DNA from: Octopus sinensis
Lineage: Eukaryota
Direction of reading: 5' to 3'
Assembly (NCBI RefSeq): GCF_006345805.1
Contig: NC_042998.1
Span: 199,578,001-199,642,000 of the forward strand
DNA length: 64,000 nt
Part shown: piece after piece, positions 40,211 through 53,830 of the stretch
Layout of the letters: every line of letters begins with the position of its first letter
How positions within the stretch are numbered: the first letter of the stretch is position 1
Position numbers and translations under genes: made by a program
The notes under the pieces: generated by a model
Databases searched by the model: none
Told to the model about the DNA's origin: nothing
Seen by the model: only the letters and a program-made list of their open reading frames with translations

Positions 40211-41429
40211 CGTACTATATCATTTAGCTGTGCAGCTTTACGTTTTGAGTTCAAATCTGCTGCAATATGTTTTCAGTTTATTCCATCAGAAATCGGGATA
40301 AAATAAGTAACGCCCTCTGGCATAAGCAGAATTAATTGATATTATTCCTCGATAAATCTTCTATAAAAATGTGTGACCTTTTGTCCCTGTTAGAAATTAA
40401 TTTGTTATGTAACAGCAAAATTTAATTTATTCTAATATGTTAGAGAGAACAGTTTTCTGATTCAGACAAGTAAATGACTGTATTATTAAATATTAGTAGA
40501 GATTGTTATTTTATTTGCGATAATGTTGGCAGTTTATAAAACAAAATAAATGGACTATCATTGTTTCATCATTAAGTATCATAACAACGCAATTTGAAAT
40601 AGCATTCTTGCTAATAAATAATAAACAGACAGCAGGCATCAGACAAACTAATCAATCAATCATTTTAGATATTACGTTGAAGCTATATCTTTCTTTCTCT
40701 CTTTCCTCCTTACAATTTTGATTATTCATTGGTACAGCGAGTACTAGTAATTGGATATGAAAAATGTGGTCTCAAAAATGTCAACGATGACAAAAAGTTT
40801 TATCTGTACTATATATTATTTATTGCTATTTCTTTACTTATAAAAAGTACTATAGACAGTTGTTAAATGGCAATGAGGGCGAAGACTTTTAGACCTAGTT
40901 GTCAGAATTTTAAACGCTTATTTCAGTTTTAAGTAAATACGTATAGATAAACGGTCTTTGTAACTAAAATATTTATAAAAAGCATTGATACTTAGTGTCA
41001 GAATGCCTAAATCTACTCACAACCAGATCTTCTCAAAATATATAAAGAATTTTATCATCTTTATCCGAAACACCATATACACAAGGATCAAACATAGAGG
41101 GTACAACACAAAACGTGTGGGGACAAAAAAAAAACTAATGAAAGAAAATGAAACGAAAAGATGAATGAAGCCATTCGGCCCCACCTCCGAGCGACTTCAT
41201 TTATCCGGTTAATATGACCTTAAATGCAATCAGAATCAATCTTCCTGTAGAATGTCAATATTGAAAACATCTCGAAGATTTCGAACGTTTATATACTTTA
41301 TACTTGACTGGTGTCCGTTGTCTTCTCCTGTATCCAAAGTCTTTATTGTAGTTCACCATTTTAGACTTTTGAGACCCTTTTGACTGCACACAATTAAAAC
41401 ACCGTAATACCCTCGTATAATCTGCTGTA

Positions 41430-42480
41430 TTAACTGTTATTGCATCTTCCCACGTGTTTATCTCGTTGCAGACGTCTTTGTTTAAACCGAACGTATAACA
41501 CTACGTATTTTGTTTTTTCACAGGAGGGGAGGGGAAGTTTTGGGGCTCCTGTGTCTTTGTGTCGGTGGGGTGTGGGGCGGGTTGGTGTCTGTAGGGGAGG
41601 ATGGGACAAAGTGGGTGTAGGTGGGTGTTGGGTGGGTGTGAGATGTTGGTCGACATTCACAGGGTGTACGTTTTTCCTCTTTTTTCTTTTCCCTACCGAC
41701 CGTTTCCCAAATAATTACCTTCCTTTTTTGCTTCTTCATCCTCAGCACTTGAGTTTTCTTTTGTTGGTGCTGGAGGTGCGACTTTCTCCCTGCTACGGCT
41801 TTTTCGTGGGGATTTTGGGCGGTGGAGGACAATCCGCTCTAATGTGGTCTTTTAGGCGACACTTGTAGCAACGCTGGGTCATGCCATCCTCAGGTCCACC
41901 GGGTTCGCCTGGATAATCATATCCAGGTTCTGCCCTTGCCAATTCTTATGAGCTGTTCTTGTAGCTTGAAGGACCATTATCTTATCTTCATTGCCCAGCA
42001 GTATGGCAGTTACTCATCAGTGTATGTCACTCTTTGGTGGTACATCTTCTGCCCTAACCCTGGAGGCGTTGTCGAGTGTAACCTGGCAGTAGCTACCTCC
42101 CAGAAGCGCACCTCCACGGTTCCTAATTCCCTTCCTCTGGCATGGTAGGAAACTCTTGTCAGATTGGTTTCAAGGCCTTTTCTACTTGCGTGGTCATCAT
42201 TATTTTGATTTTCTTTGTTTTTATCATAGTTTTCTCCCTGGTAGTTTTCAAAATTCCTTGGGGAGGGGACACCTTTACGTCGCATCACTCCCTGCAAAGC
42301 AGTCTTATATTTACTAAGTTCTGTTAGTTTGTCTTCGTCGCTGTAACTGTTGGCGGCAGCCGCAAAATTACTTTCCTTCACCTGGTCCTCCAATTACTTC
42401 GACAGACCTCAATATTTCCTAATCAGAAGACGTAAGCTGCGGGGAGGTGAGGCTTTCGTACTTCATCGTTAATACCTGTG
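41430..42480 (-). mobile_element. Decayed gag-like ORF1 of a LINE (Tx1/L1-type)
   Basis: ORF 42010-42393 and downstream CCHC knuckle RCYKCRLKDHIRADCP at 41826-41873, followed by a basic, Pro/Thr-rich tail. Confidence 0.65.
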
Positions 42481-42796
42481 CTACCCCCTTCTTCGATGGG
42501 GAAAAGCTCTAACAGACTGCCGTAAGGCAGTAAAGCAAGTGTAACAAAGTGTTTAAAAAACACGAAACAATTTTAACAATAAACGATTCAACAATATAAC
42601 ACTCACGTACGTCAATGCTGTAGATAGGACTGGCTTATAAAAACAATTTACAGCAGTTTCGGAGATGTACTTGCATAGCGAGTGACTTGATCTGAGATCG
42701 TGTGCTGGAACGAAAACAATTGCAGCGTGGAAGGTGTTTATAAGCCATTTAAGAAACACACAAAACCGTTAGATTCACTTCAACATCTAAATTTAA

Positions 42797-42846
42797 TTTG
42801 TCAAAATATTTTCGTCGCTTTGAGACCGCGACCTGTTCACTGACCA
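42797..42846 (-). ncRNA. Mirror copy of the G3:C8 hammerhead
   Basis: GUCA-GUGAACA-G-GUCGC(GGUCUCAAA)GCGAC-GAA-AAUAUU-U-UGAC. Confidence 0.62.
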
Positions 42847-42852
42847 CGAAGT

Positions 42853-42903
42853 TTTGTCAGTGAACAGGTCGCGGTCTCAAAACGACGAAAATATTTTGAC
42901 AAA
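42853..42903 (+). ncRNA. Minimal type I hammerhead, G3:C8 core variant
   Basis: UUUGUCA-GUGAACA-G-GUCG...CGAC-GAA-AAUAUU-U-UGACAAA. Confidence 0.68.
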
Positions 42904-43037
42904 TTAAATTTAGATGTTGAAGTGAATCTAACGGTTTTGTGTGTTTCTTAAATGGCTTATAAACACCTTCCACGCTGCAAATTACAGCAGGTTTTATAGA
43001 TAAGAAAAGAACCAATCAGAATTAACCATCATACACT

Positions 43038-43451
43038 TATTTCTTTATTTCCCACAAGGGGATAAACACAGAGAGGACAAACAAGGACAGACAAACGGAT
43101 TAAGTCGATTATATCGACCCCAGTGCGTAACTGGTACTTGTTTAATCGACCCCGAAAGGATGAAAGGCAAAGTCGACTTCGGCGGAATTTGAACACAGAA
43201 CGTAGTGGCAGACAAAATACCTATTTCTTTTTTACCCACAAGGGGCTAAACACAAAGGGAACAAATAAGGACAGAAAAACGGATTATGTCCATAATATCG
43301 ACCCCAGTGCGTAACGGTTTCTTAATTTATCGACCCCGAAAGATGAAAGGCAAAGTCAACATCGGCGGAATTTGAACTCAGAACGTAACGGCAGACGAAA
43401 TACGACTACGCATTTCGCCCGGCGTGCTAACGTTTCTGCCAGCTCGCCGCC
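43038..43451 (-). mobile_element. SINE family A dimer
   Basis: TSD accatcatacact; junction aaaatacctatttc. Confidence 0.88.
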
Positions 43452-43727
43452 TTTTTTTACCATCATACACTCAAACACAGGTACAAGCGCGATAGACTGA
43501 ATGACACATAAATCGTAGTCGTAAGTTCAAGTTCTAACAGAATGATAGGGGGGAATGGAGGCGTTCCATATCATAAGCTCAACTATTTTTGATAAATATG
43601 TTTCTCTTTCCGAAAATCATCTTAAAAACGAAGTCATTTATGTTCTTTAATGCTGTATTTTGAAGGAAATTCTTGAATTAAAATAAGTCTCCGTATTTAC
43701 AATCTCTGTGAAAATATCTTGCTATAT

Positions 43728-44106
43728 TGGAAGCACTCCGTCGGTTACGACGATGAGGGTTCCGGTTGATCCGAATCAACGGAACAGCCTGCTCGTGAAA
43801 TTAACGTGTAAGTGGCTGAGCACTCCACAGGCACGTGTACCCTTAACGTAGTTCTCGGGGATATTCAGCGTGACACAGAGAGTGACAAGGCCCTTTGAAA
43901 TACAGGTACAACAGAAACAGGAAGTAAGAGTGAGAGAAAGTTGTGGTGAAAGAGTACAGCAGGGATCACCACCATCCCTGCCGGAGCCTCGTGGAGCTTT
44001 AGGTGTTTTCGCTCAATAAACATTCACAACGCCCGGTCTGGGAATCGAAACCGCGATCCTATGACCGCGACTCCGCTGCCCTAACCACTGGGCCACTGCG
44101 ACTCCA
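43728..44106 (-). mobile_element. SINE family C
   Basis: TSD atcttgctata. Confidence 0.9.
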
Positions 44107-45837
44107 CATCTTGCTATAATATCTAATACCACCGATGCCAGGGTTTGCCAAAAACAAGATGGAAATTAATTGTTGTAATATAGAACATAATTATAAATTA
44201 ATTATCCAACAATACATTACATGAACAATACGCCTATAGAATATGTTCGCGGAGTATAATAGGTGGGGAGCATTATTTGTTCATTTCGAGATGTTTGTCA
44301 ACAGCAGGACACTTTCATTAACAATCAATGAATACACTTCTGAATAACCGAGTAACGTTAACAGTTATATCTGCTTCTATACTTAACACTTCCTTGATAA
44401 TTAGTTCGAACATTAAATTACTTGGGTATTAACAACGTTCCATTTCATTGATACAATGGCTTATAGAACACACCCACAACTCGCATTTACATATTTACTA
44501 GCCAACACAGTATGATACAAATGGTAGAGAAGTATTTTTTGCATTCGTTGCAATATATATATATATATAATATTGAATGTTAAAGCGACAGATAGGTTCT
44601 TTGTAGCAACGAAATTAAATGATGTTAATACGCCTATATTATTGTACACACGTATTGTTTACACGTATTGTTTACTGTCGTCGTTGGCTAATAAATTTAT
44701 AAACATATTCTATTGTCCATGATAGGAATCAAATGAAATACTGTTTGCATTTCATTAATTTAATACAGAGTTGGAAGTGTTCTTCAATTTGATTTCTTAT
44801 AACAGCGTGATTTCTTATGACATTACTTCCATTTATCGCTAATTTATCCACCAACTCTACAATGGTGTACTTATTATGAAAGACATCAAATAAAAAAAAA
44901 GTGTACATTTAACAAAACTCTCCAACGTTTCGTGATTTTCATGATCACAACAGTATGAGAAATACTAAAATATGCAGCTTCTAAATGCAAAGATCCTGCA
45001 AGGAATATAAATAAGTTCATTAATTAGAAGTGTTTCTACTTGAGCTGTTGGATATATATAACCATTGCAGTTTTCAACAGGTTTTATTATTTTTTCTTCT
45101 AAAAAACATTGATTCTTAGTGTTAGAATGCCTAAATCTACTCACAACCAGATCTTCTCAAAATATATGAAGAGCTTTATCATCTTTATTCGAAACACCAT
45201 ATAGGTCAGTGCACTAATCACATAAATTCTGTCTGTTTTCACTTGCAATCATATAATATTTATTAACACTTGATGCCAACATATGTATGTTTAATAAATA
45301 ACGGTAACCGAATTAAATCATGCAACAACATCCATACAATTGTCTAGATGTTCTAACCAGTGCAGCTAGTGAAAAAAAAAAAAGACTTGTACATTCGGTA
45401 GTTTGAAATAAGCTGTTACTTTCAGGAATGTACTATTTTATTCTAGTAAGAAGTACTAGTGAAAAATACAAATTTTAAAGATTCAAACCTGAATCATTGA
45501 AATTCAATGTGAAAATTCATTTTACAATGATATTTTCTTTTCAAAATTCATTACGTGTCACTGTTGTGATACATGTTCAGACATCTCAGCTATATGGTAT
45601 GGTAAGGGAATCGGAAAAAGGCGAATAAAACCTTGATATGAAGAGGGTCCAAGCATTGCTCGACGTTGCTGACTGGTGCAATATTGTCATGGTTCCAGGT
45701 TCTGTCCAACTGCGTGTCACATTAAGTAATTTTCTTCTGTTATATCCTAGGGCCGATGAAAGCCTTGTAAGGGAGATTGTTGACAGAACCTGAAAGGAGC
45801 CCGTCTCTCTGTATATGTATATGTATATATATATATG

Positions 45838-45926
<89 letters not shown>

Positions 45927-46609
45927 GTGTATGTATGTATGTATGCATATATGTGTATGTCCATATATATGTGTATGTATATATATATATATGTACATAT
46001 ATATAGTTATGTTATATTCTGTTAAGAACGAAGAAGAGTACAGTATAAAGCTCGTCCGCCTTCCGATTTAACCCTGTGCTATCCAGTATTATACGTATTT
46101 CCAGAAATGCATTCGGGCTTTTGTCATGTGTGAATTGATGATTGAAAAAAATGAAAAAAATTGCATAATTAATTACCTGTACGCCCGGAGAACTACGTTG
46201 CATAAACAATTGTAGTGATTGAAAATAAATATCCAACCTTATTGTTTGTTGACTCCAATTTTCTCCTTTACATATGTGTGCGAGTGTGAGTGTATCTGTG
46301 TGTATTATGTGATTAATTTGGGAATATTATCAATCAGAATATATAAAAGAATGAGTAACGGAGAAATCATTGAACACTAGACAACTAAGAACACAGTGTT
46401 GTGTTCTCTTTTAATTTCAAATTTCAAATTTTGCCGATACCTAATTCCAAAACAATCTCATATTATGTATAAATCAAATACTTGGCTGATATACATGGAC
46501 TACATCCTCCCGCAAAATTAGTAGACATTAGACCCTATGTTAGAAATCTTAGAGCATTCTATGAAATAAAGTACCCACATTTTCTTTCGCCTTAAAGAGA
46601 AATTATGTT

Positions 46610-46985
46610 GATGGCTGTGTGTTAAGAACCTTGCTTCCCAACCACATGGTTCCGGGTTTATTGCCACTGCGTGTCACCTTGTCTTCTGCTAAAGCCTCGG
46701 GCTGTCCAATACCGTGTGAGTGGATTCGGTAGACGGAAACTGAAAGAAGGAAGCCCGACGTATATGTGTATATATCTATGTACGTGTCTTTGTGTCTGTG
46801 CTTGAGAACTGGAGTGTCTGTGTTAACGATCCAGTAATTTATCAGTCCGGTAAAAGCGACGGCTAGATTAAGAATCACGCTTTAAAAAAATATGTCCGAG
46901 GATCGATTTGTTCGACTAAAAACCTTCAAGATTGTACCTCATCATGGTGGCAGACAAATGACTGAAACAAATAATAGATAAATGA
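46610..46985 (+). mobile_element. SINE family B, old and diverged
   Basis: tggctgtgtggttaag...ggaaactgaaagaag...aaatgactgaaacaa. Confidence 0.7.
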
Positions 46986-47225
46986 CAAACGATAATATTA
47001 TCAGAATGAAGATATTGATGACTCAGAGATAATGACATTGAGAAGATTTAAATTAAATGCGATTCTTCATTTTGTCATAAAGCCAAGCAGTTTTTAGGAG
47101 AGGAAGTAACAACGATTAAATCCGTTCGCATAGATGACCTTAAATTTTCAAAGGTAAATTTTGTCTTAGGCAAGAAATGATAATTAAAGCACTAATAGTT
47201 ATTCTTCAGTAAATATTTGGCTATA

Positions 47226-47390
47226 GGCGCAGGAGTGGCTGTGTGGTAAGCAGCTTGCTAACCAACCACATGGTTCTGGGTTCAGTCCCACTGCGTGGCA
47301 CCTTGGGCAAGTGTCTTCTGCTATAGCCCCGGGCCGACCAATGCCTTGTGAGTGGATTTGGTAGACGGAAACTGAAAGAAGTCTGTCGTA

Positions 47391-47477
<87 letters not shown>

Positions 47478-47710
47478 GTGTGTGTGTGTGTGTGTGTATG
47501 TGTGTCTGTTTGTCCCCCTAGCATTGCTTGACAGCCGATGCTGGTGTGTTTACGTCCCCGTCACTTAGTGGTTCGGCAAAAAGAGACTGATAGAATAAGT
47601 ACTGGGCTTACCAAGAATAAATCCCGGGATCGATTTGCTCGACTAAAGGCGGTGCTCCAGCATGGCCGCAGTCAAATGACTGAAACAAGTAAAAGAAAAA
47701 GAAAAAGAGT
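47226..47710 (+). mobile_element. SINE family B, full length
   Basis: ggcgcaggagtggctgtgtgg head, internal TA/GT microsatellite, tail. Confidence 0.9.
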
Positions 47711-48229
47711 ATGTCATATGCTAAGAGAAAATAACGAAAATGTACGCAAAGGATTTTCAATCACAGTTTTATTTCAGATTGTTTTGGTCAAATTTGTACT
47801 TGTTTTACACACAGTTCCAGCAATCAAAAGTCAGCGAAATATACTTTCACGAAGACAGGATCAATAAAATTAATGTAAATGATACAGTGTGAATGTCTTC
47901 TTAACGGCCAGACGCAGCTGAAACTTGATCTGTGATTTAACTTTATGAGTTCCCGTGTCAGTTTTTATGTTTAGGCGAGCTGACAGATTATTTTATCAAT
48001 AACTAAAATCACTAGTACTTGTAATTTAATACTGTCTCCTAGATAACCTATTAAGCTTCCATATGAATAATTTAGCAACTATACAAAAGTATTTCTAGAA
48101 GACTAGGAACATAATCGATAAAATACCGTACCAGTCAAGTAATGAGGTTGAAGCTATCGACTAATCCACTCCCTTGAAAATTAGTTTATTGGTTCCTAAA
48201 TTAAAACATTATACATATTATCATTGTCA

Positions 48230-48648
48230 TTTCTTCTTCTTCTTCTTCTTCTTCTTCTCTTCTTCTTCTTCTTCTTCTTCTTCTTCTTCTTCTCTTCTCC
48301 GCTTCCTCCTCCTCCTTCTTCTTCTTCGCCTCCTCCTCCTTCTTCTTCTTCGCCTCCTTCTTCTTCTTCTTCTTCTTCTTCTTCTTCTTCTCCGCCTCCT
48401 CTTCCCCCCACCCCACCCCTCCTCTTCCTCCTCCTTCGCCTCCTTCTCCTTCTTCTTCGCCTCCTTCTCCTTCTTCTTCTTCTTCTTCTTCTTCTCTTCT
48501 TCTTCTTCTCTTCTCCTCCTTCTTTTTCTGCTCTTTTCTTTCTTCTTCTCTTTTCTTTCCTCCTCCTCCTCCCCCTCCTCCTCCTCCTTCTCCTTCTTCT
48601 TCTTCTTCTTCTTCTTCTTCTTCTTCTTCTTCTTCTTCTTCTTCTTCT
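48230..48648. repeat. (CTT)n/(CCT)n polypyrimidine microsatellite
   Basis: Direct. Confidence 0.95.
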
Positions 48649-48654
48649 GGTTTG

Positions 48655-48870
48655 GCTGAGGCTCGGTCTCTTATTTCTGGTCGGATTTACTTGGGTTTCA
48701 CCTGATCATTCTCTACAGCATGCAAAGGTTAATGTACATACCAGGTGTTGGATACTTCTAGCCCACGCTGCTTGCACAATTCCTTGTATATTTGCACTGT
48801 CACATTGACATGGCGCTTTTTGTACCCCTTTTGGTTTAGTTTTGAGCATCAACTAATATAACTGTTTCAG

Positions 48871-48918
<48 letters not shown>

Positions 48919-48922
48919 GTTG

Positions 48923-48971
<49 letters not shown>

Positions 48972-50990
48972 ATTATTATTATATGTTTGACTTTTGCTTT
49001 ACATTTGCACAAGCTGGCTCCATGTCTCACACAGAGACCTCAAGAGACTATTGTTGTTATTATTATATTCTGCATGTTTGTTACAAACTTGGTTTTATGC
49101 CTATTTCCTCTATCCATCTGTTCAAATCTTTAGCGACAGTTCCCAATGCACCTATAACTACTGGGATACATTTCCCCCGTACTTGCCATCGTTTCTGTAA
49201 CTCAACGGATAAGTCCTGGTACTTTGCTAGCTTTTCTATACATCTCATATTCCTATTTTCATAATTTGGGACATTTTCTATTCCTTTTATCTACAGCAGT
49301 GGAGAAAAATATCGTTCTGTTCCATAAAATGATATGTTTTCTCACAGAGGATGGACGTTAAAATTTTATACGTGATAGATAGAGATGTTAAGGTCTGATA
49401 GATTTGGGGAGATTTGGTTTCATTATTCTTTGGGTGTAGGTAAGTAATACCTCTTGCCAATCAGCCAGATGTTTTCGTAGGATCTCTCATAATTTTTTTG
49501 AATAACCGAACTAACTTTTCGTGTGCGGATGGGAGTGAAGTGATCCAGACATTTAGCACCGTATCATTACCAGGGGATTTCCACGTATGAGCCTTCATGA
49601 ATGTCTTGCTTAAGTCTTCCCATGCTTGTTCTGGTAAGTTTTGGCAGGATCCTGCTGTGCGTCTAATCCAGTCTGCATTTTCCTTATAATTCTTTTCATC
49701 ACTCCAGATATTTTTCCAGAAATTTTCAATTTCTTCCATTGCAGGGGGGTTCTTCAACGGTTATTTTCTCCTCCCTATTTCTTTGTAGAATGTTTTCGCA
49801 TTGGAAATGTTTTTGCTTGTCAAATTTGTTTCTTTTCTCAAATCTTTGCGTTCTTTGATCTTTTGCTTGGTTTTTTTGCTGCAGTGTTTCTTTTGCTGAA
49901 AACAGTTCTCTTGGTGAGAATCTGTTTTCTCTGCATCTTTGTTTCTTTTCTAGTTTTTACATTGTTTCCACAGATTTGTTCATTTAATATTGGTATTTCA
50001 CCTCCCATTATTTGAATCTCTTTTCCAATTTTACATTTCCACTTTGGAATTCTTTTCAGGATTGTATTTCTTTGTTGTCTCAGAGGCACATAACTGGTTA
50101 CGATTGTCGTAGTAGCTGCGCAAAAAATTTCATTTAATTCAGTGAGATCTAGTTTTAGTTATTTTCTAATTTCCTTTGTTACATAAGTTTCCAATTTTAA
50201 TTTGTTTTCTATTTTGGATTGTATCTGAGAGCTTATGAAGTTGTTCTCTATCATGTATATTGGCGTGTCTTACAACTGCAAGCTTATTCAAGATTTTCTA
50301 CTTCAGTTCTATCATAGACTCTCTATGATATTCAGTATATCTGTAGTCTTCACATATTGTTTCTTTACCACATTCCTCGTTATCTTTATCAGGTACATTA
50401 CAATTTATTTCTCCAGAGGTTTGCACGTTCTGGTCAGATGGCAGACTTTCAAAGAGACTCGTGGAGATTTGCTCTCTTTGTCTGGTTTTTCATTTCCTCT
50501 GTGTCTTATATATAGCTCATTTTCCGCTGCGTGTTTGATCGCGTCTTTTCACTATCTGTGAGTCTTTTATGTTTGTAAATATTCCTCCTAACATTTATTA
50601 ACTTGTTTTCGTCAAAATATAGTCTGCTGTCTTGATTTCGTGTTCTCTATATTTCATAATAGTTTGCGGTGTGTTTCTCTTCAGATGGCCTGCCTAGTAA
50701 TGGGCGTATATTATATCTGTATACTCTTCTAGGATCAATTTGATCCTTTTACATTTTTCTTTCCTTGGTGAGGGTGGTGGCGGACTTGGAGTGCTCGAGG
50801 TGGCACAGTTCCCGTTAAATGACCATCGAGGTTTGTATTCAGAGAAAAGTTTGTACCAGTAGATGACTTTTCGACCCCAGGCTGGCTCACTCTTGGAGTA
50901 GGCACTTCCAGATTAACCATAGGACAAGCGATTTGGTGTACGGTTTTAGTTTTCCTTTTCGTTTCGTTAGACATATTTGTGCTACATTAA
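48655..50990 (-). mobile_element. Decayed R4/Dong-clade (RLE-type) non-LTR retrotransposon fragments interrupted by (TAA/CAA)n
   Basis: EEIENFWKNIWS...WKSPGND (49461-49757); EKLAKYQDLSVELQKRWQV...IPVVIGALGTV (about 49135-49240); YKELCKQRGLEVSNTWYVH (about 48730-48790); tail ending in (TAA)n at 48870-49050. Confidence 0.78.
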
Positions 50991-51056
50991 AATCATTAGT
51001 ATTGAACACTGTGCTGTGGCAGATGTAGAGTCGGTTGTTGTCTCACCATTAATACC

Positions 51057-51273
51057 TATTTCTTTACTACCCACAAGGGGCTTAACACAGAGAGGACAAA
51101 CGGATTAAGTCAATTACATCGACCCCAGTGCGTAACTGATAGTTATTTAATCGACCCCGAAAGGATGAAAGGCAAAGTCGACCTCGGCGGAATTTGAACT
51201 CAGAACGTAACGGCAGACGAAATACGGCTACGCATTTCGCCCCTCGTGCTAACGTTTCTGCCAGATCGCCGCC
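51057..51273 (-). mobile_element. SINE family A
   Basis: TSD ttaatacc. Confidence 0.88.
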
Positions 51274-51579
51274 TTTAATACCGTTACAGTTACTTTAACA
51301 CTGCTTTTACAGCATTGCTCACTCGCTGTTAGTTACCACCATTAGTTCTTTGGTCTGTATCGTTGTGGTTAACCTTTGTAGCCATGGCAACAGTATAACC
51401 GTTATTTACTAAAACCTGCACTCTCTGCTACTGCTACTGTATGATATTATCAAATGTGGTTTAGTTTCAACTTTTGTCTTGTGCTTGAGATAATCATAAA
51501 TACGTGAGGGTTGAAGAGAATAGTAGGAGGAACCGAAGCAGCTTGGTGAATAGACCAAATTCCGCAGATCTGTAAATAG

Positions 51580-51774
51580 AGTTCTATATTTAAGAGATGA
51601 GGAATTATGTACATTATTTACATTAATTACATTTGACGGATATCTGTCCTCATCTCTTTTGTTGTTAACACAACATTTCGGCTGATATACATTCCAGCCT
51701 TCATCAGGTGTCTTGGGGAAATTTCGAACCTAGGTTCTCATTCTTAAGGTACTTTTCGTCAAATGTAAATAATG
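51580..51774 (-). mobile_element. Head-less copy of the HHR tail of the 39622 element, with a short terminal inversion
   Basis: Reverse complement of about 40045-40208; inverted cgtcaaatgtaaataatg at 51757-51774; TSD tctgtaaatag at 51569-51579 and 51775-51785. Confidence 0.82.
51666..51712 (-). ncRNA. Minimal type I hammerhead, same family as 40084
   Basis: GACAC-CUGAUGA-A-GGCUG...CAGCC-GAA-AUGU-U-GUGUU. Confidence 0.72.
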
Positions 51775-52689
51775 TCTGTAAATAGGTTTGGCAGATGGTG
51801 AGAAGGAGACCAACAATGGGCTTTCGCATTCCTGAGCGATCAGGAGACAAACGAAGCCTCACAACCTTGGGGTCAGTAGAGGTCAAATATATTTACTTCT
51901 TCTAGCAATTAACGAGATTGCTGGCCTTGGCCTTGAAAGAAACCAGCTTACCTTGCTCTATTGTTAATTACCGACACCAAAAAAAAAATATATATATATA
52001 TACGTGCTGACGTTCACATCGTTGAATTTTTGAACTTCTGAATTTTTTTGAACTGTAAAAAATGTTTCTTTAATTTTAATAAGTTTTGTTGCGATTTACA
52101 ATTTTCATAATTCTGCAGTTTGTATATATTGGTAGATGTTTACCTCCTTAATTTTTATCAAGCATTTAATTGTGTTGATGCAAAGAAATGTGCGTTTATA
52201 TATTCGAATAGTCAGAGAAAAGGTAAGATTCTCACAGAAAATTGTAATAAAATGAATGATTTCGAATACTCAGGAAGAAAGGAAAGGAAAGAAAAGGAGG
52301 GTAAAATTTTCATAGAAAATTGTATGTATTAAAGTTCTAAAATTTACTAGAAACGATTGTTTATATGTCAAAACAGAGAAAACTGTAGTGTTCTTAAAAT
52401 AAAAAAGGATGTTTACATTTTCGAATACTTAGGGAGAAAGGAAACGGAGTTATAGATATTAAAGTTTTTAAAGCTGATCGTTTGTGTGTTCGAAAATTGT
52501 AGATATGTAAGTTTCTTAACTTATTTTGAGGGAAATTAAAATTACTCACCGGAAATTGTAGATATTCCAGTCTTCGAGTGTTGCTCTCTGGGTTGTATTG
52601 GTGTTTCTGAGTCTTCGGCAACTAACTGGTCAGAGCAGCGAAGAACACGTCCAACCGCTTCCAAGGCTGGCACTCCTCCCCTCCTCCTT

Positions 52690-52743
52690 GTCGTCGTCGT
52701 CGTCGTTATTGTTGTTATTAGTAATATTATTCATGAAGACGCA

Positions 52744-52806
<63 letters not shown>

Positions 52807-52850
52807 GTTGTTGTTGTTGTTGTTATCATTATTGCTATTATTATTATTCA
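52690..52850. repeat. (TTA/TTG/TCG)n microsatellite
   Basis: Direct. Confidence 0.9.
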
Positions 52851-53039
52851 TGAAGACGCATAGCCAAGTGATTAGCATGTTGCAGTCACGATCGCGAGGT
52901 CGTGGTTCGAATTCCCAGACCGAGTGATGAATGGTGTTCTTGAGCTAAACCGTTCAACTCATGTTTCTCTCGACTCCGATGCCTGACATACTCTGCACCT
53001 GTCTAGGCAACGTCAATTTGATGGAGAGTGTAAGCATTC

Positions 53040-53830
53040 CATAATTTTCAATTCTGCTAATTCTTGATTCCCAGCACTCAGTCCAATTCTCCGACATTTC
53101 ATACTGTTCCATATAAGGCATCTCGTGTTTTTCTGCTACTCTTTACATTTCCAAACTTCTTCTTATCCAATGTTGTTGCATCATATCCCACGATAATCTA
53201 TCCACGCTCTGCTATGCTCAGATTTGTGAGTTTTCCCATTCAGTTTTTGATGATTAGTTTATCACTTAACAGCTGGTCTTTCGTCCAGTGGCTCCTTTTT
53301 CTCCTCATAGGTAGCAACCCACTTTTTTTCTAAATATACATGCAGTTCACCGGCGAAAACACCTGACAATAGTTCGCACATTAGTGGAAGACACTTTATT
53401 GATCTAAAGTTAAATACAATGTTACAGTTTTTAAATCCGGGACACATAACAATGTCTATTATCCAGCTGGATATTGAGCTTTCCTCCAAGCAGATATCCG
53501 GCTTTTCTGCTAGTCTTTCATAGAACCCTCTTACCCTTTTCATCCAATAAGCTTGACACCATCCAGGCAGGTCTCTTCCAATATGGAAGTATGCACATCT
53601 GTCTTTTTGTCTTCTCTGTGTTTATTTTCGTGTTGTCTTGATCTTGTACATTTATTAAGAACTAGAATCACTTTTTCGAGAAATTCACATATTTCATCTA
53701 ATACGAGACCAGTAAATAGTTTCGAGCGTAATGGTAAACAAGGAATAAGTCTATAATTGGTGATTTCCCCTCTCTTCCCTTTGTCCTTCTGTATATCTAT
53801 TTTGAGAACTTTATAGTTGGATAGTGTCAC
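53040..53830 (-). mobile_element. Old R4/Dong-like RT fragments
   Basis: KDKGKRGEITNYRLIPCLPLRSKLFTG and NFRSIKCLPLMCELLSG resemble the NYRPITCL motif. Confidence 0.6.

Larger units (their letters stand above)
42657..42981. mobile_element. Palindromic non-autonomous PLE-type element
   Basis: 125 bp inverted arms 42720-42844 / 42856-42980 (1 mismatch seen), 11 nt spacer; TSD ttacagcag at 42648-42656 and 42982-42990. Confidence 0.82.

Noticed and set aside
48174-48808. Poly-L/S/F and poly-E/K/R ORFs
   Set aside because: (CTT)n/(CCT)n microsatellite.
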